From an uncultured Poribacteria bacterium (GTDB taxonomy: Bacteria; Poribacteria; WGA-4E; WGA-3G): DNA of 64,000 bases. The translations under genes were made by a program, and so were the position numbers. Each line of letters begins with the position of its first letter. Within the stretch, counting starts at the first letter, position 1. The notes beneath the pieces are model-generated. The model did no database searches. It had not been told where the DNA came from and saw only the letters and a program-made list of their open reading frames with translations. Below are positions 50,615 through 63,971 of the stretch, piece after piece. The stretch lies in NCBI GenBank assembly GCA_958296135.2, contig CATQHZ020000001.1:96001-160000 (forward strand). The letters are read 5' to 3'.

Positions 50615-51658
50615 TTAACCGGCGGCAGCCCCGCCAACTTCTTGCAAAACCGCCGCGGCGCGCAGTGCCGGTTCCGAAGTAGCGTCGCGCTTGATGATGC
50701 GGTTAAGGTGCAACACGGCGCGGACATCGCCGCCCCTCGCTAACTCCAATGCTTCCTCGAACCCTCTGTTGCCGTAACTGAGGTCTCTCGGAATAACCGT
50801 GAGTTCGTGAGCCTTCCAATAATACTTCAGTTCGTCGGACTTCCAGTCGCGGTAGACATCTTTCCACTGGAGCGCGTCGAAAATGTTCAGGTGCGGCTCC
50901 AGCATGTGCTCAGCGATCGGCGCGTCGACTGCCTGATAACGGTTGTCCAGCGAAACGCGAAGCCGGTCTTCCGTCAAATTCGGCAGTGCCTTGTGGATAG
51001 TCAGCGCGGGAAAGATGAGCGTATCCCCGATTTCGTAGTTCGTGGAGTGCCATTCGCCTTCCAAATCGTCGGTATCCACGCACAAACTGCCGGCACCGAG
51101 GGAAAAGTGGTGGGCTAGCACCTTGTTGGATTTGTGCGAACCGGGCAACACTGCCAAGCCGCCTAACTCGATCGGGCAATCTCCCACCGGTGCCCAACAG
51201 GTATACGTCTCGAAATTTCCTTGAAAGTGGACGAAGTCCTGATGGATAGGAGTCGTATGCGCCGTATACTTCGGAAACCAGAGGCGCGCAATCTTCTGCG
51301 GATGCGGCAGCACCGGCTTCCCGATAATCCTCTCCACCATCCCCACTACCTCGGGCCAGTGCCCAGAGCGGTGGAACGCTTCTAACTTATACACATCGTG
51401 GTATACGTCCGTGTACTCCGAGTCGCCCTCGGTGCATTGGGTGGAGATATCGGCGATGCCGTCCATCGGGTCTGTGCCTGCGACGAGCCAGCCACCGGCT
51501 TGGATAGTTGTGAGCATCTCCTTGCGGAGAGCCCGGAGGTTGCCCGGGTCTTGCAACTGCTTGAAGAAGAGATATCCTTCCTCGGCGATGCGGAGACGGA
51601 GTTCGCCCGGGTCATTCATCGCATCGTTTGAGACGCGAAGTTCTTTTAATGCTGACAT
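50615..51658 (-). CDS. Phytanoyl-CoA dioxygenase (PhyH)-family Fe/2OG oxygenase
   Basis: EGYLF, HQD, CWAPVGD..IELGGLAVLPGSH, GDTLIF..LTIH. Confidence 0.9.
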   Translation of the reverse strand: MSALKELRVSNDAMNDPGELRLRIAEEGYLFFKQLQDPGNLRALRKEMLTTIQAGGWLVAGTDPMDGIADISTQCTEGDSEYTDVYHDVYKLEAFHRSGHWPEVVGMVERIIGKPVLPHPQKIARLWFPKYTAHTTPIHQDFVHFQGNFETYTCWAPVGDCPIELGGLAVLPGSHKSNKVLAHHFSLGAGSLCVDTDDLEGEWHSTNYEIGDTLIFPALTIHKALPNLTEDRLRVSLDNRYQAVDAPIAEHMLEPHLNIFDALQWKDVYRDWKSDELKYYWKAHELTVIPRDLSYGNRGFEEALELARGGDVRAVLHLNRIIKRDATSEPALRAAAVLQEVGGAAAG

Positions 51659-51839
51659 CTGTCTTCCTCCTTTCTAATGGGTGTAAATTAAGGATACCAC
51701 ACGGTGGGGCTGAAGTCAAGTTGTTTTGCGTTTTAGGCAGAACGATTCAGTTTTCGGTTTCTGAGTGGCTGCGGACGTTTTCCGTTTGGGTGCGGGCTTG
51801 TGAGGGATAGGTTTTCCCTCGCGCTACGATGAGCGGGCG

Positions 51840-51895
51840 ATTCTTTGGCGTAGTCCGGATTGGCTTGATGGAAAGCAATGTCTTTGGGGCAGGGC
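51840..51895 (-). pseudogene. Remnant of the 3' part of hicB
   Basis: Encodes PCPKDIAFHQANPDYA versus PTPKNIAFHQNDPDYA in the 54193 gene. Confidence 0.7.
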
Positions 51896-51935
51896 AAGTT
51901 CAGGCGAGCTGGTTTCCCTACAGAGATGAGGCAAA

Positions 51936-52161
51936 TCAACGTCCTTTGGTATTATTCTTTATCTGTCCCCACTGCGTGCTTTTTTTTTTCGCGCGGCGAT
52001 ACGTCCAGGGCACCCGCCACCCAGTCTACGGAGAGGTTTTCACCGGGAAGAAATGTTTGCCCTGCTTCTGGAAGGAAGCCGCCTAAAAAAACGATTTTGG
52101 CCTGGGCGAGGAGGGAAAGCAGCAAGAACGGCACACAAGCGAAGAAGAGGCTATGTTTCAT
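51936..52161 (-). pseudogene. Internally deleted secreted-protein gene (signal peptide plus C-terminal motif) with a homopolymer frameshift
   Basis: MKHSLFF...AQAKIVF...DWVAGALDVSPREKK, then STQWGQIK in the shifted frame after a 9-A run. Confidence 0.6.
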
Positions 52162-52284
52162 CGTGTTTCTCCGTTTTGTGCGGACAGGGATGCAGGTGCC
52201 AGGACGGCGTGCCATTGGGCGGTGGACACCTGCATTCGTGATAAGTCTACGGACTAAAATCCACGGAAGGTCCCGTGAACCAGT

Positions 52285-52376
52285 GAGGGGCAGATATATT
52301 ACCTGCCCCTCGGAGAGGTTTTCCGGCGGTGCCTTACTTTCCTGCTGGGTTGCCCCCGGAGTTTCATCAGCGCAGA
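52285..52376 (-). pseudogene. 3' half of 5S rRNA plus copy of the downstream hairpin
   Basis: gaggttttccggcggtgccttactttcc...tcatcagcgcaga aligns to 54519-54579; hairpin gaggggcag...ctgcccctc matches 54487-54513. Confidence 0.8.
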
Positions 52377-52459
52377 TTGAATCTTGTTGGAGAGGAATAG
52401 TGCGTTTTTCCCTCACTCATGCTGATTTCATCTATTGATGTTTTAGCTTGACTGGAATG

Positions 52460-54010
52460 TTACCGCAGCGTGTTTACGTTGTTCTCGGATTTGGTATAGT
52501 CCACAAACGCCGTCGGATCTGTCCCGTTGAGGTATTCCTCAATGTTGGTGTATCCGTCGCTGTCTCTGTCCTTTGAGGCATTGGACGCGTCACGAGAATC
52601 AAGCCCGTACCTTATTTCCCACGCGTCGGGCAGACCGTCCCCATCGCTATCAAGGGGCGCAGACAGACTCTTGAGTTCCGGCCATCCGCCGACATCTGTC
52701 TGTGAGTCAATAATACCGCATTTTTTTGATTTATCGAGCACGGACCTATTATTTTCGTATGTTCCACCTTCATAAGTCGCATAGCTATTACGGGTTTCGT
52801 CAACAATGCGTGCATCTACTGTATCGCGTTTGGGTAACGAGGCACCTACATTGTCAAGAACAGAATAATAGGCTTCTTCAGCAGTTTGCTGATTGATAGG
52901 GATAGATGCAAAAGGTTGGTGGCGTTTTAATCCTGCAAGATAAGAACTGCCACCCTGAGGCTGCACGCCACCGTCCCAGTTGTTGGCTGTCACTGCTGTG
53001 TTGCCATGAACAACATTATCGGCAACATACCATTTGCCAAAGCCATCGTCCAAATTACGCGACGATGGATTAACAATACGGTGCGTCACCTCGCCCGGAC
53101 GAGTTGCAGGCCCTGGCTTAAAATAATTGGCTACCATATTGATCACGGAAAAGTTAAAATTCTCATTGCCTTGTTGTTTCTCGGCACCATAGACACTGTT
53201 AAAACCCCAGTTGTATACTACGTTATTTCTGAAATCGGTATATCCGCAACCCGAAGCAAAACGGGGATTACGACTGCTGTGGTGCGCCAGCAGGTTATGA
53301 TGGTACGTACTGTAGTTTGAGCCCCATATTCCTCCATACCCATGAGCACCTTTGGCGTGGCCAGCATTGTACAGACTTTCCGATATCAGACACCATTGAA
53401 TGGTGACGTTTTCGCAATGGTAGATAGACATTGTTTCATCAACACTCCAGCTTGCAGACACGTGGTCAATGATAATATTTTCGTGATACCTGCCTGAGAT
53501 GGCATCTGCATCAATGTCCGCTTCGTCCCCCAATCTCACCCTTATATACCTGATAATGACCTCGCTTGCATTAATTGAGAGAGGGTATCTCTTAATGCAA
53601 ATACCCTCTCCCGGGGCTGTCTGTCCGGCAATAGTGATATAGGGATGGGAGATTTTCAATGCACTTGCAAGGGTGATAGTACCCGAAACCCTGAACACGA
53701 CTATCCGCGGTCCCTCAGTTTCGCAGGCATCGCGCAAGCTGCCTGACCCGGCATCGTTCAAATTCGTCACCAAGATCACTTTTCCGCCTCTGCCGCCGCG
53801 AGTCATTGCACCAAAACCTTCGGCACCCGGGAACGCGGGAACAAGGGGCGTATCCGCTGCAAATGCATTCGAGATCAGCGCAAGAATACCAGCCGATACA
53901 AGAAGCTGGCATCTGTGCAGAAGTGCTGATTGGCGAAAACAGATTCGGAGATTAGTGCCAACGAGGGCGCGAAATGAATCTATAAATGTTATGAGAAATT
54001 GCTTTTCCAT
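52460..54010 (-). CDS. Pectate lyase (PL1-type), secreted
   Basis: PAFPGAEGFG...GGRGG.V..VTNLND.G.GSLR, TIAGQTAPG.GI, IIDHVSASWSVDE, HHNLLAHH.SRNPR, D.DGDGLPDAWE. Confidence 0.92.
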   Translation of the reverse strand: MEKQFLITFIDSFRALVGTNLRICFRQSALLHRCQLLVSAGILALISNAFAADTPLVPAFPGAEGFGAMTRGGRGGKVILVTNLNDAGSGSLRDACETEGPRIVVFRVSGTITLASALKISHPYITIAGQTAPGEGICIKRYPLSINASEVIIRYIRVRLGDEADIDADAISGRYHENIIIDHVSASWSVDETMSIYHCENVTIQWCLISESLYNAGHAKGAHGYGGIWGSNYSTYHHNLLAHHSSRNPRFASGCGYTDFRNNVVYNWGFNSVYGAEKQQGNENFNFSVINMVANYFKPGPATRPGEVTHRIVNPSSRNLDDGFGKWYVADNVVHGNTAVTANNWDGGVQPQGGSSYLAGLKRHQPFASIPINQQTAEEAYYSVLDNVGASLPKRDTVDARIVDETRNSYATYEGGTYENNRSVLDKSKKCGIIDSQTDVGGWPELKSLSAPLDSDGDGLPDAWEIRYGLDSRDASNASKDRDSDGYTNIEEYLNGTDPTAFVDYTKSENNVNTLR

Positions 54011-54021
54011 AAAGTTTCCCC

Positions 54022-54116
54022 GCGTCTTACTTTCCCACGCGGTTTCCCCGCAGAAGGGCTTAACTGCCGTGTTCGGGCTGGGAACGGGTGGTGCCGTTCG
54101 CTATAGCCACCGGAAA
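54022..54116 (-). pseudogene. Degenerate 5S rRNA copy (internal deletion, 3' end lost)
   Basis: Near-identical to 54533-54643 but lacks the tatcatcagcgcag segment and the 3' strand of helix I; shares the upstream atgtgtt flank. Confidence 0.85.
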
Positions 54117-54192
54117 GATGTGTTAACGTGACGGACGCTTTCTCGCCCGTGCTAGATTGAGCGATTGAACGGACCGCTATAGACATCCGCTC

Positions 54193-54462
54193 TTACCTAT
54201 TCAGTGCCGAGAGGTCTACTGACACGGTTTCCCATACACCATCGGCGTAGTCCGGATCGTTTTGATGGAAAGCAATATTTTTGGGGGTAGGAATAGGCTC
54301 ACTGTCAAGCAACAAGCCTTCAAGATAACATTCAATGGCTTCCACGGCTTGCGTCAAGGCATCCTTGACTGTTTCCCCGGAAGTGAAGCACCCTGGTAAA
54401 TCTGGAACTGTCACCCCATAGTCGCTACCCGGGTCTTTGTGGAGAACAATGGAATAACGCAT
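54193..54462 (-). CDS. HicB-family antitoxin-like protein (no adjacent hicA)
   Basis: Y.IVLHKD..SDYGVTVPDLPGCFTSGETV..AL....EAI...LEG...PIP.P. Confidence 0.85.
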   Translation of the reverse strand: MRYSIVLHKDPGSDYGVTVPDLPGCFTSGETVKDALTQAVEAIECYLEGLLLDSEPIPTPKNIAFHQNDPDYADGVWETVSVDLSALNR

Positions 54463-54524
54463 TGAGCACCTCTAGTTCTGTTAGATGAGGGGCAGGTTTT
54501 AGCACCTGCCCTTTTGGCGAGGTT

Positions 54525-54642
54525 TTCCGGCGGCGTCTTACTTTCCCACGGGGTTTCCCCCGCAGTATCATCAGCGCAGAAGGGCTTAACTGCCGTGTTC
54601 GGGATGGGAACGGGTGGTGCCCCTTCGCTATAGCCACCGGAA
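54525..54642 (-). rRNA. rrf: 5S rRNA
   Basis: CCGGTGGCTATAGCG...CACCCGTTCCCATCCCGAACACGGCAGTTAAG...GGGAAAGTAAGACGCCGCCGG. Confidence 0.95.
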
Positions 54643-54720
54643 AGATGTGTTGTCTTATTGACAAGAAAATTTGACAATTGCATAGGTATGTGAGGGGGTC
54701 GGTAGAAGTAATAAAGAAGT

Positions 54721-57699
<2,979 letters not shown>

Positions 57700-57790
57700 A
57701 GGTGATATTATTCTACCGATTTACCCTCTCTATGCAATTGTCAAAGAACGCCGCCTCCATCGGAAACTGGGTGCCCCCGAATAAAGACGA

Positions 57791-57862
57791 TGGAGATGAA
57801 CGGAATCGAACCGTTTTCTGCTACGCTAATAACAGACGCTCACCTAAATGAACTACTCCTAT
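57791..57862 (-). ncRNA. tRNA-like element (degenerate tRNA-Ala derivative) in the 23S leader
   Basis: T-arm AACGG-TTCGATT-CCGTT, 3' CATCTCCA identical to tRNA-Ala, D-stem GTTC/GAGC; acceptor stem mispaired and no canonical anticodon loop. Confidence 0.6.
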
Positions 57863-57977
57863 GTCAAAATGTCAAAATGTCAAAAAAAACCAACTTTGTC
57901 AAATTCCGACGCTAGCCCACCCCGTTTCTCTCGTACTAAAGGTGACTGCGCCGCTGCTGGAGACAAACTAACTCGGA

Positions 57978-58050
57978 TGGAGATGAGCGGAATCGAACCG
58001 CTGACCTTCTGGTTGCAAACCAGATGCTCTCCCTTCTGAGCTACACCCCC
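57978..58050 (-). tRNA. tRNA-Ala(TGC)
   Basis: GGGGGTGTAGCTCAG..CTGGTTTGCAACCAG..GCGGTTCGATTCCGC..CATCTCCA. Confidence 0.96.
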
Positions 58051-58067
58051 ACCTGGCATTCTCTTTA

Positions 58068-58405
58068 AGTATACCACAAAAAATGACAAATGTCAAATTA
58101 ATCGGTCGATTTCGTCATCGTTGAGGTTAATTATACCACAAATTTGTCGCAATGTCAAATTAAAATGACGATTTCTGCGGAATTCTGTGTAATTTACCAC
58201 AAAAAATGCGCGATGTCGAATTAATCGGTTGATTTCGTCATCGTTGAGGTTAATTATACCACAAATGCGTCGCAATGTCAAATTAAAATGACGATTTCTG
58301 CGGAATTCTGCTTAATTATACCACAAAAAATGCGCGATGTCAAATTAATCGGTCGATTTCGTCATCGTTGAGGTTAATTATACCACAAATGCGTCGCAAT
58401 GTCAA
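58068..58405 (-). promoter_or_regulatory. Array of six tandem sigma70 promoters (61-62-bp period) driving tRNA-Ala-23S-5S
   Basis: -10/-35 pairs at 58068/58096, 58130/58158, 58191/58219, 58253/58281, 58315/58343 and 58377/58405, all with 17-bp spacing; four are perfect TTGACA/TATAAT. Confidence 0.85.
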
Positions 58406-58467
58406 ATTTATTCGCGAAAAAACGGATGTGCCGCCAAATTTAACCCCGAGCTATCGCCGCTGGCTAA

Positions 58468-59469
58468 CTAACGCAACCACGCGTCTACTTTGGCCGCATG
58501 CTCAAGTACCCAATTCTTGGCGAACTCAGCAGCGGGAATCTTGTCGACAACTATGGCATAGTTCATCTGGCTGACTTCCTCGCCGCTGAAGGCTACGCGT
58601 TGCAACATTTGGGCAACCTCCGGATGAGATTGCTCTAGCACTGCGGCGTGATAAACATACACACGAACGTGAGCCCAAGCAGTGTGGGCCTCGGAGGTTT
58701 CTAACCAATTCGGATCATCGGGCGGCATAACGATATGCCATTGACTGGCATCGTGAGGCTGTTCTTCGAGAACAACCAGTTCATGCCGCACGAAGACGTA
58801 ATGCGGGTTGTAACAAAAGAAGACGATATTTTGGTTATTTCTCACAGCGTCGTCAAGTGCTGCGAGAGCCAAAGCCTCGTCCATCTCTTTGAGGTGCATG
58901 GTCTGGGCGTAGCCATAAGACTTGGCGCGGATTTTTTCGATGGGCGTTGAAGCCCAATCGGTTGCGCCGATCCACATTTCTCCCTTGCCATCGCCATCAC
59001 TGTCGAACTGCGCCGCGAGCTGCGGGTTTGCTAAATCGCTGAGCTTGACAATACCGGTGCGTTGCGCTGAAGCCTTGGTGACACAGATGAATTGCTCAAG
59101 GACGTGGGGGGTTGTTCCTTGGAGCACCGTGCCGGCTTCAGTCACATACTTCTGGTGCAGTGAGTCTTGGTTCGGTAAATACACCGCTGGATGGACGTGC
59201 ATGTCACCCGAATCCATACCGGCGAAAATTTCCGTGTTTGTGCCTTCCTGCAACTTGACTTCAACCTCGAAATTGTCCTCGATTGCTACCTTGATGATGT
59301 GTGCTTTCGCGATAGCCCCGGGCCAGTTGGGCACCCCTACCACTAGCGTGTCGGCTTGAACCTGCTCCGGCATCTGTTGTGTGTCGTCCAAGACGCGCGC
59401 AACCTCGCAACCGATAAGGGTAGCGATGAGCACTGCGACACCTGCGAGCAGAAAACTAGCTCTTTTCAT
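58468..59469 (-). CDS. Glycine betaine/choline ABC-transporter substrate-binding lipoprotein (OpuAC/ProX-like), orphan
   Basis: Lipobox LIGC, W...IAKAHI, FDSDGDGKGEMWIGA.DW, F..Y.PH..F...L..LEE. Confidence 0.85.
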   Translation of the reverse strand: MKRASFLLAGVAVLIATLIGCEVARVLDDTQQMPEQVQADTLVVGVPNWPGAIAKAHIIKVAIEDNFEVEVKLQEGTNTEIFAGMDSGDMHVHPAVYLPNQDSLHQKYVTEAGTVLQGTTPHVLEQFICVTKASAQRTGIVKLSDLANPQLAAQFDSDGDGKGEMWIGATDWASTPIEKIRAKSYGYAQTMHLKEMDEALALAALDDAVRNNQNIVFFCYNPHYVFVRHELVVLEEQPHDASQWHIVMPPDDPNWLETSEAHTAWAHVRVYVYHAAVLEQSHPEVAQMLQRVAFSGEEVSQMNYAIVVDKIPAAEFAKNWVLEHAAKVDAWLR

Positions 59470-59674
59470 GACATTCTCCTATCTGCCACAACATTGCGCG
59501 AATGTCACCTTAAAATGACAATTCTTGCGTGATTGTGGTTAATTCTACAAGTCGTTCACCTGTTTCGGGGTGCCAAACGTGAATGGCATCATAGCGGCCG
59601 CCGAAACAGGCGAAGCGTTGTCCATCGGGTGAAAAGGCGCGTCGGGATACGGCATTCCCAAGTTTCGCATTCGT

Positions 59675-60508
59675 TTAGCGGGTATAGCCGCGTTTGACGT
59701 TTGCCCAGGTGGTCGCGAGTTTATCGGCCGCATCTACGGCGAAGGTGCCGGAGATGTTTTGAAGAATCTCCGCCTCAGTGAGTGCCTTGTCGTATGCGCG
59801 GACGATGGCGAATGAACCGTTGAAAGTCCGCCGCCGTTCGTCGTAAGAATTCGCACCGATGGAGATATCGTCTATCGGCAATCCCTTGTCAAACTCAAAC
59901 CCGGCTTGATTGCTCACCTCTTTCCCGTCTTGGTACGCGACGATCGACTTGTCGTTAGTGCCGACGATTGTGAGCCAGGTCCACACGCCTTCCTCAAGTT
60001 TGAGGTTAAGCGGTTGAACACCTTGTTTAGCACCTTGCGCATGGACAGAGATGTCCAAGTTTTGCCCGTTGACTATCCAGAGGCGGATTCCTTGCTTGCC
60101 TTCCCGTGGGCTGTTTTGGAAGCCGGCGAAGTGGTGTTCCTCGACAAAGAAATCGCCGTTGCGTTTGCAAAGGAACTCAAGCGTCCAGTCCTCGAAAAAG
60201 AGGGGTGGATTTTTTGGGGGCGGCCCGCCAAAGGTTTGCAGGGAGTCCTTGGTGGTGTAATACTTCGCGTTCGGCAGCTCGAGCCCGAGCGCAGGGATTT
60301 TGATTGGCCCTTCTTCGAGTTCGGGTGCTTCGTCCGCAGCGGGTAATTCGCCCTCGGCGGTGCCGAGGTTTGTCCAAGCGTCTTTGTGGCCCGGATTATC
60401 GGCGGCATCGAGGTAAAGCACCGGGTCTGGAACGATATCGGCACTTGCGATGGTGCACGCGATGGAGAGAAAAAATATCGTCGTGCAAAGTGAAATCAGC
60501 ATTTTCAT
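59675..60508 (-). CDS. Secreted LamG/concanavalin-like protein with KLATTW tail
   Basis: Signal peptide, LYLDA..N, WT.E, W......Y.DG, IGA...FNG....VR.YDKALTEAEI.Q, tail AVDAADKLATTWANVK. Confidence 0.85.
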   Translation of the reverse strand: MKMLISLCTTIFFLSIACTIASADIVPDPVLYLDAADNPGHKDAWTNLGTAEGELPAADEAPELEEGPIKIPALGLELPNAKYYTTKDSLQTFGGPPPKNPPLFFEDWTLEFLCKRNGDFFVEEHHFAGFQNSPREGKQGIRLWIVNGQNLDISVHAQGAKQGVQPLNLKLEEGVWTWLTIVGTNDKSIVAYQDGKEVSNQAGFEFDKGLPIDDISIGANSYDERRRTFNGSFAIVRAYDKALTEAEILQNISGTFAVDAADKLATTWANVKRGYTR

Positions 60509-60788
60509 TTGAGAGTTTCTCCTAGGGTTGAACAATGTTAAAAAAGTTTTTTCAGAAAAGAACCACCTTTTTTCAAAGGAAAACGAAGCGGGTTCTTCGC
60601 TGCTGCTCAAACCTTATTTTAACGTAGTTTCGAGATTTTGTCAAGAGACAAAATGCGGATGTCTCTATCCGTCCCTGAATCGGCGCGAACGGACAGCTAT
60701 AGAAATCTGTCCTTACAGGGCACCCGAGAACTGAATGTCTCTGATATTACGAGTTCTAATGTCACGGTGCAATCCGCTCTCCCCGTAT

Positions 60789-61500
60789 TTATGTCTCGGT
60801 TCGGAGTGCCTCTATCGGTGTGAATTGTGCTGCACGCATGGCTGGATAGACACCAAAATTGATGCCCATGAAAATCGAAAAGATGACAGAAATGAAAATC
60901 CACGGTAAAGATAACATGACGGGCCATTCCGGGACGATAGGAACAATGTGCACGGCGAGCCGCGCCATGCCGTGCGCAGCGAGCCAGCCACATCCGATGC
61001 CAGAGATACCGCCGGAGAGGCACAGACAGACCGATTCGGTTAAGAATTGCCAGAAAATATCAATGCGTTTCGCACCCATCGATTTCCGCAGTCCTATCTC
61101 GCGCGTCTTTTCACCGACGGAGACGAGGCAGATGTTCATGATACCGATGCCGCTGACAATGAGTGAGAAGCCCGCGATGCTGCCCAACGCGATTTTTATC
61201 ACCTTCTCAATGTGAGTGAGACGCTTAATCGTCCATCTCGCTGGCCATGAATAAACAAACTCATCGCGGTTGTGGTGCCGCTTGCGAATGACGGCCCGCG
61301 CTGCGACACTAACGGCATCTATCTCCGTGCCTTCTTTGAAGAAAACGGTCATTCGCTCAACGTAGTCTCGTCCTGATATTCGCTGACGGTAGGTGGACAA
61401 AGGGATACAGACAGCATCAGCCAGCGACCAGGCGGTGCGGAGGTTCCTGCCGCGTGGAGCCATTACACCGACAACGCGGCATCGCACGGGACGAGCCCAA
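60789..61500 (-). pseudogene. 5'-truncated MacB/FtsX-type ABC permease
   Basis: IAGFSLIVSGIGIMNICLVSVGEKTREIGLRKSMGAKR..I..QFLTES, FGVYPA.RAA...PIEALR; the N-terminal TM and most of the periplasmic domain are missing. Confidence 0.8.
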
Positions 61501-62066
61501 ATAAAGGGTGCGTTTATCCGTTTGGCTGCTAAAGACGACAGGCAGTGAATACGTTCTAAATGAGACGATGTAGGGAAGCCCGCCGGCTTTACGTATTTGT
61601 GCCGCTTTCTCTTTCCAGGTGTCACGAGTGCGAAACGGATGTGCAGTTTTTGACATCAGGAACATCAGTCGCAAATGGTCATCGGTATTTCGGAGTTCTG
61701 TTGCATTGAGTGCCACAAGTAGAACAGCGTTCTGCGGGAGCCGCGTCTCGGCGTAAGCTGCAATCTCTGCCAAAGTGCGCGTGTTTCTGTTGCGGGAGGT
61801 TATCTGCCACGACTCCACCGCAGCATGACTGATGCTGAAGGGCTCTCATCCATGGCCGGTTCAAGCCGCTCCGCGATGTCAGAACACATGCTTTTCAGGC
61901 GGCGCATCGGTTGGGAGGGACGTGGGTTGCGCAGGCAACAATGAGGACTAGGAGAAAAACGATAAAGGCTTTGATCAGACACTCCTTGAGTCCTTTTAAA
62001 GGAAACCTTTTGGGTTCTTTGGACTTAACATCCAGGCAAGCGAGGGGTGGGCAGACAAGCGCGGGA

Positions 62067-62140
62067 TGGGCTTATCTGGAGTCGAACCAGAGACCTCGCG
62101 CTTATCAGGCGCGCGCTCTAACCGTCTGAGCTATAAGCCC
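62067..62140 (-). tRNA. tRNA-Ile(GAT)
   Basis: GGGCTTATAGCTCAG..CGCGCCTGATAAGCGCG..GGTTCGACTCC..AAGCCCA. Confidence 0.96.
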
Positions 62141-62238
62141 GAAGTAATGTTCTTGAAAGTTAAATAGTTTCAGTGCGTGTGCCCGTTAAGGTTCAGAGCG
62201 TGAACAGATGTTTTGTGTGAGAAAGCATCTGTTGTTTG

Positions 62239-63795
<1,557 letters not shown>

Positions 63796-63942
63796 AAAGT
63801 ATTGAAGCACATCTCAAACGCAGGTGAAAAATTCACCCACATCATAAATGAGGTGCACTCACAAGCTATAAAATAGGCACGTCACGTTCACTATTTAACT
63901 TTCAAAGAACAACTTCACCTTCCTTATTGAAAGGTTATCTTA

Positions 63943-63971
63943 ATTATACCCAATAAAATGGCGTTTGTCAA
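63943..63971 (-). promoter_or_regulatory. Consensus sigma70 promoter of 16S-tRNA-Ile
   Basis: TTGACA-17-TATAAT; boxA-like GTTCTTTGAAA at about 63910-63900. Confidence 0.85.

Noticed and set aside
58068-58405. CRISPR or iteron interpretation of the 62-bp array
   Set aside because: Linkers alternate between two recurring types, and the conserved part is exactly a -35/-10 promoter pointing at tRNA-Ala
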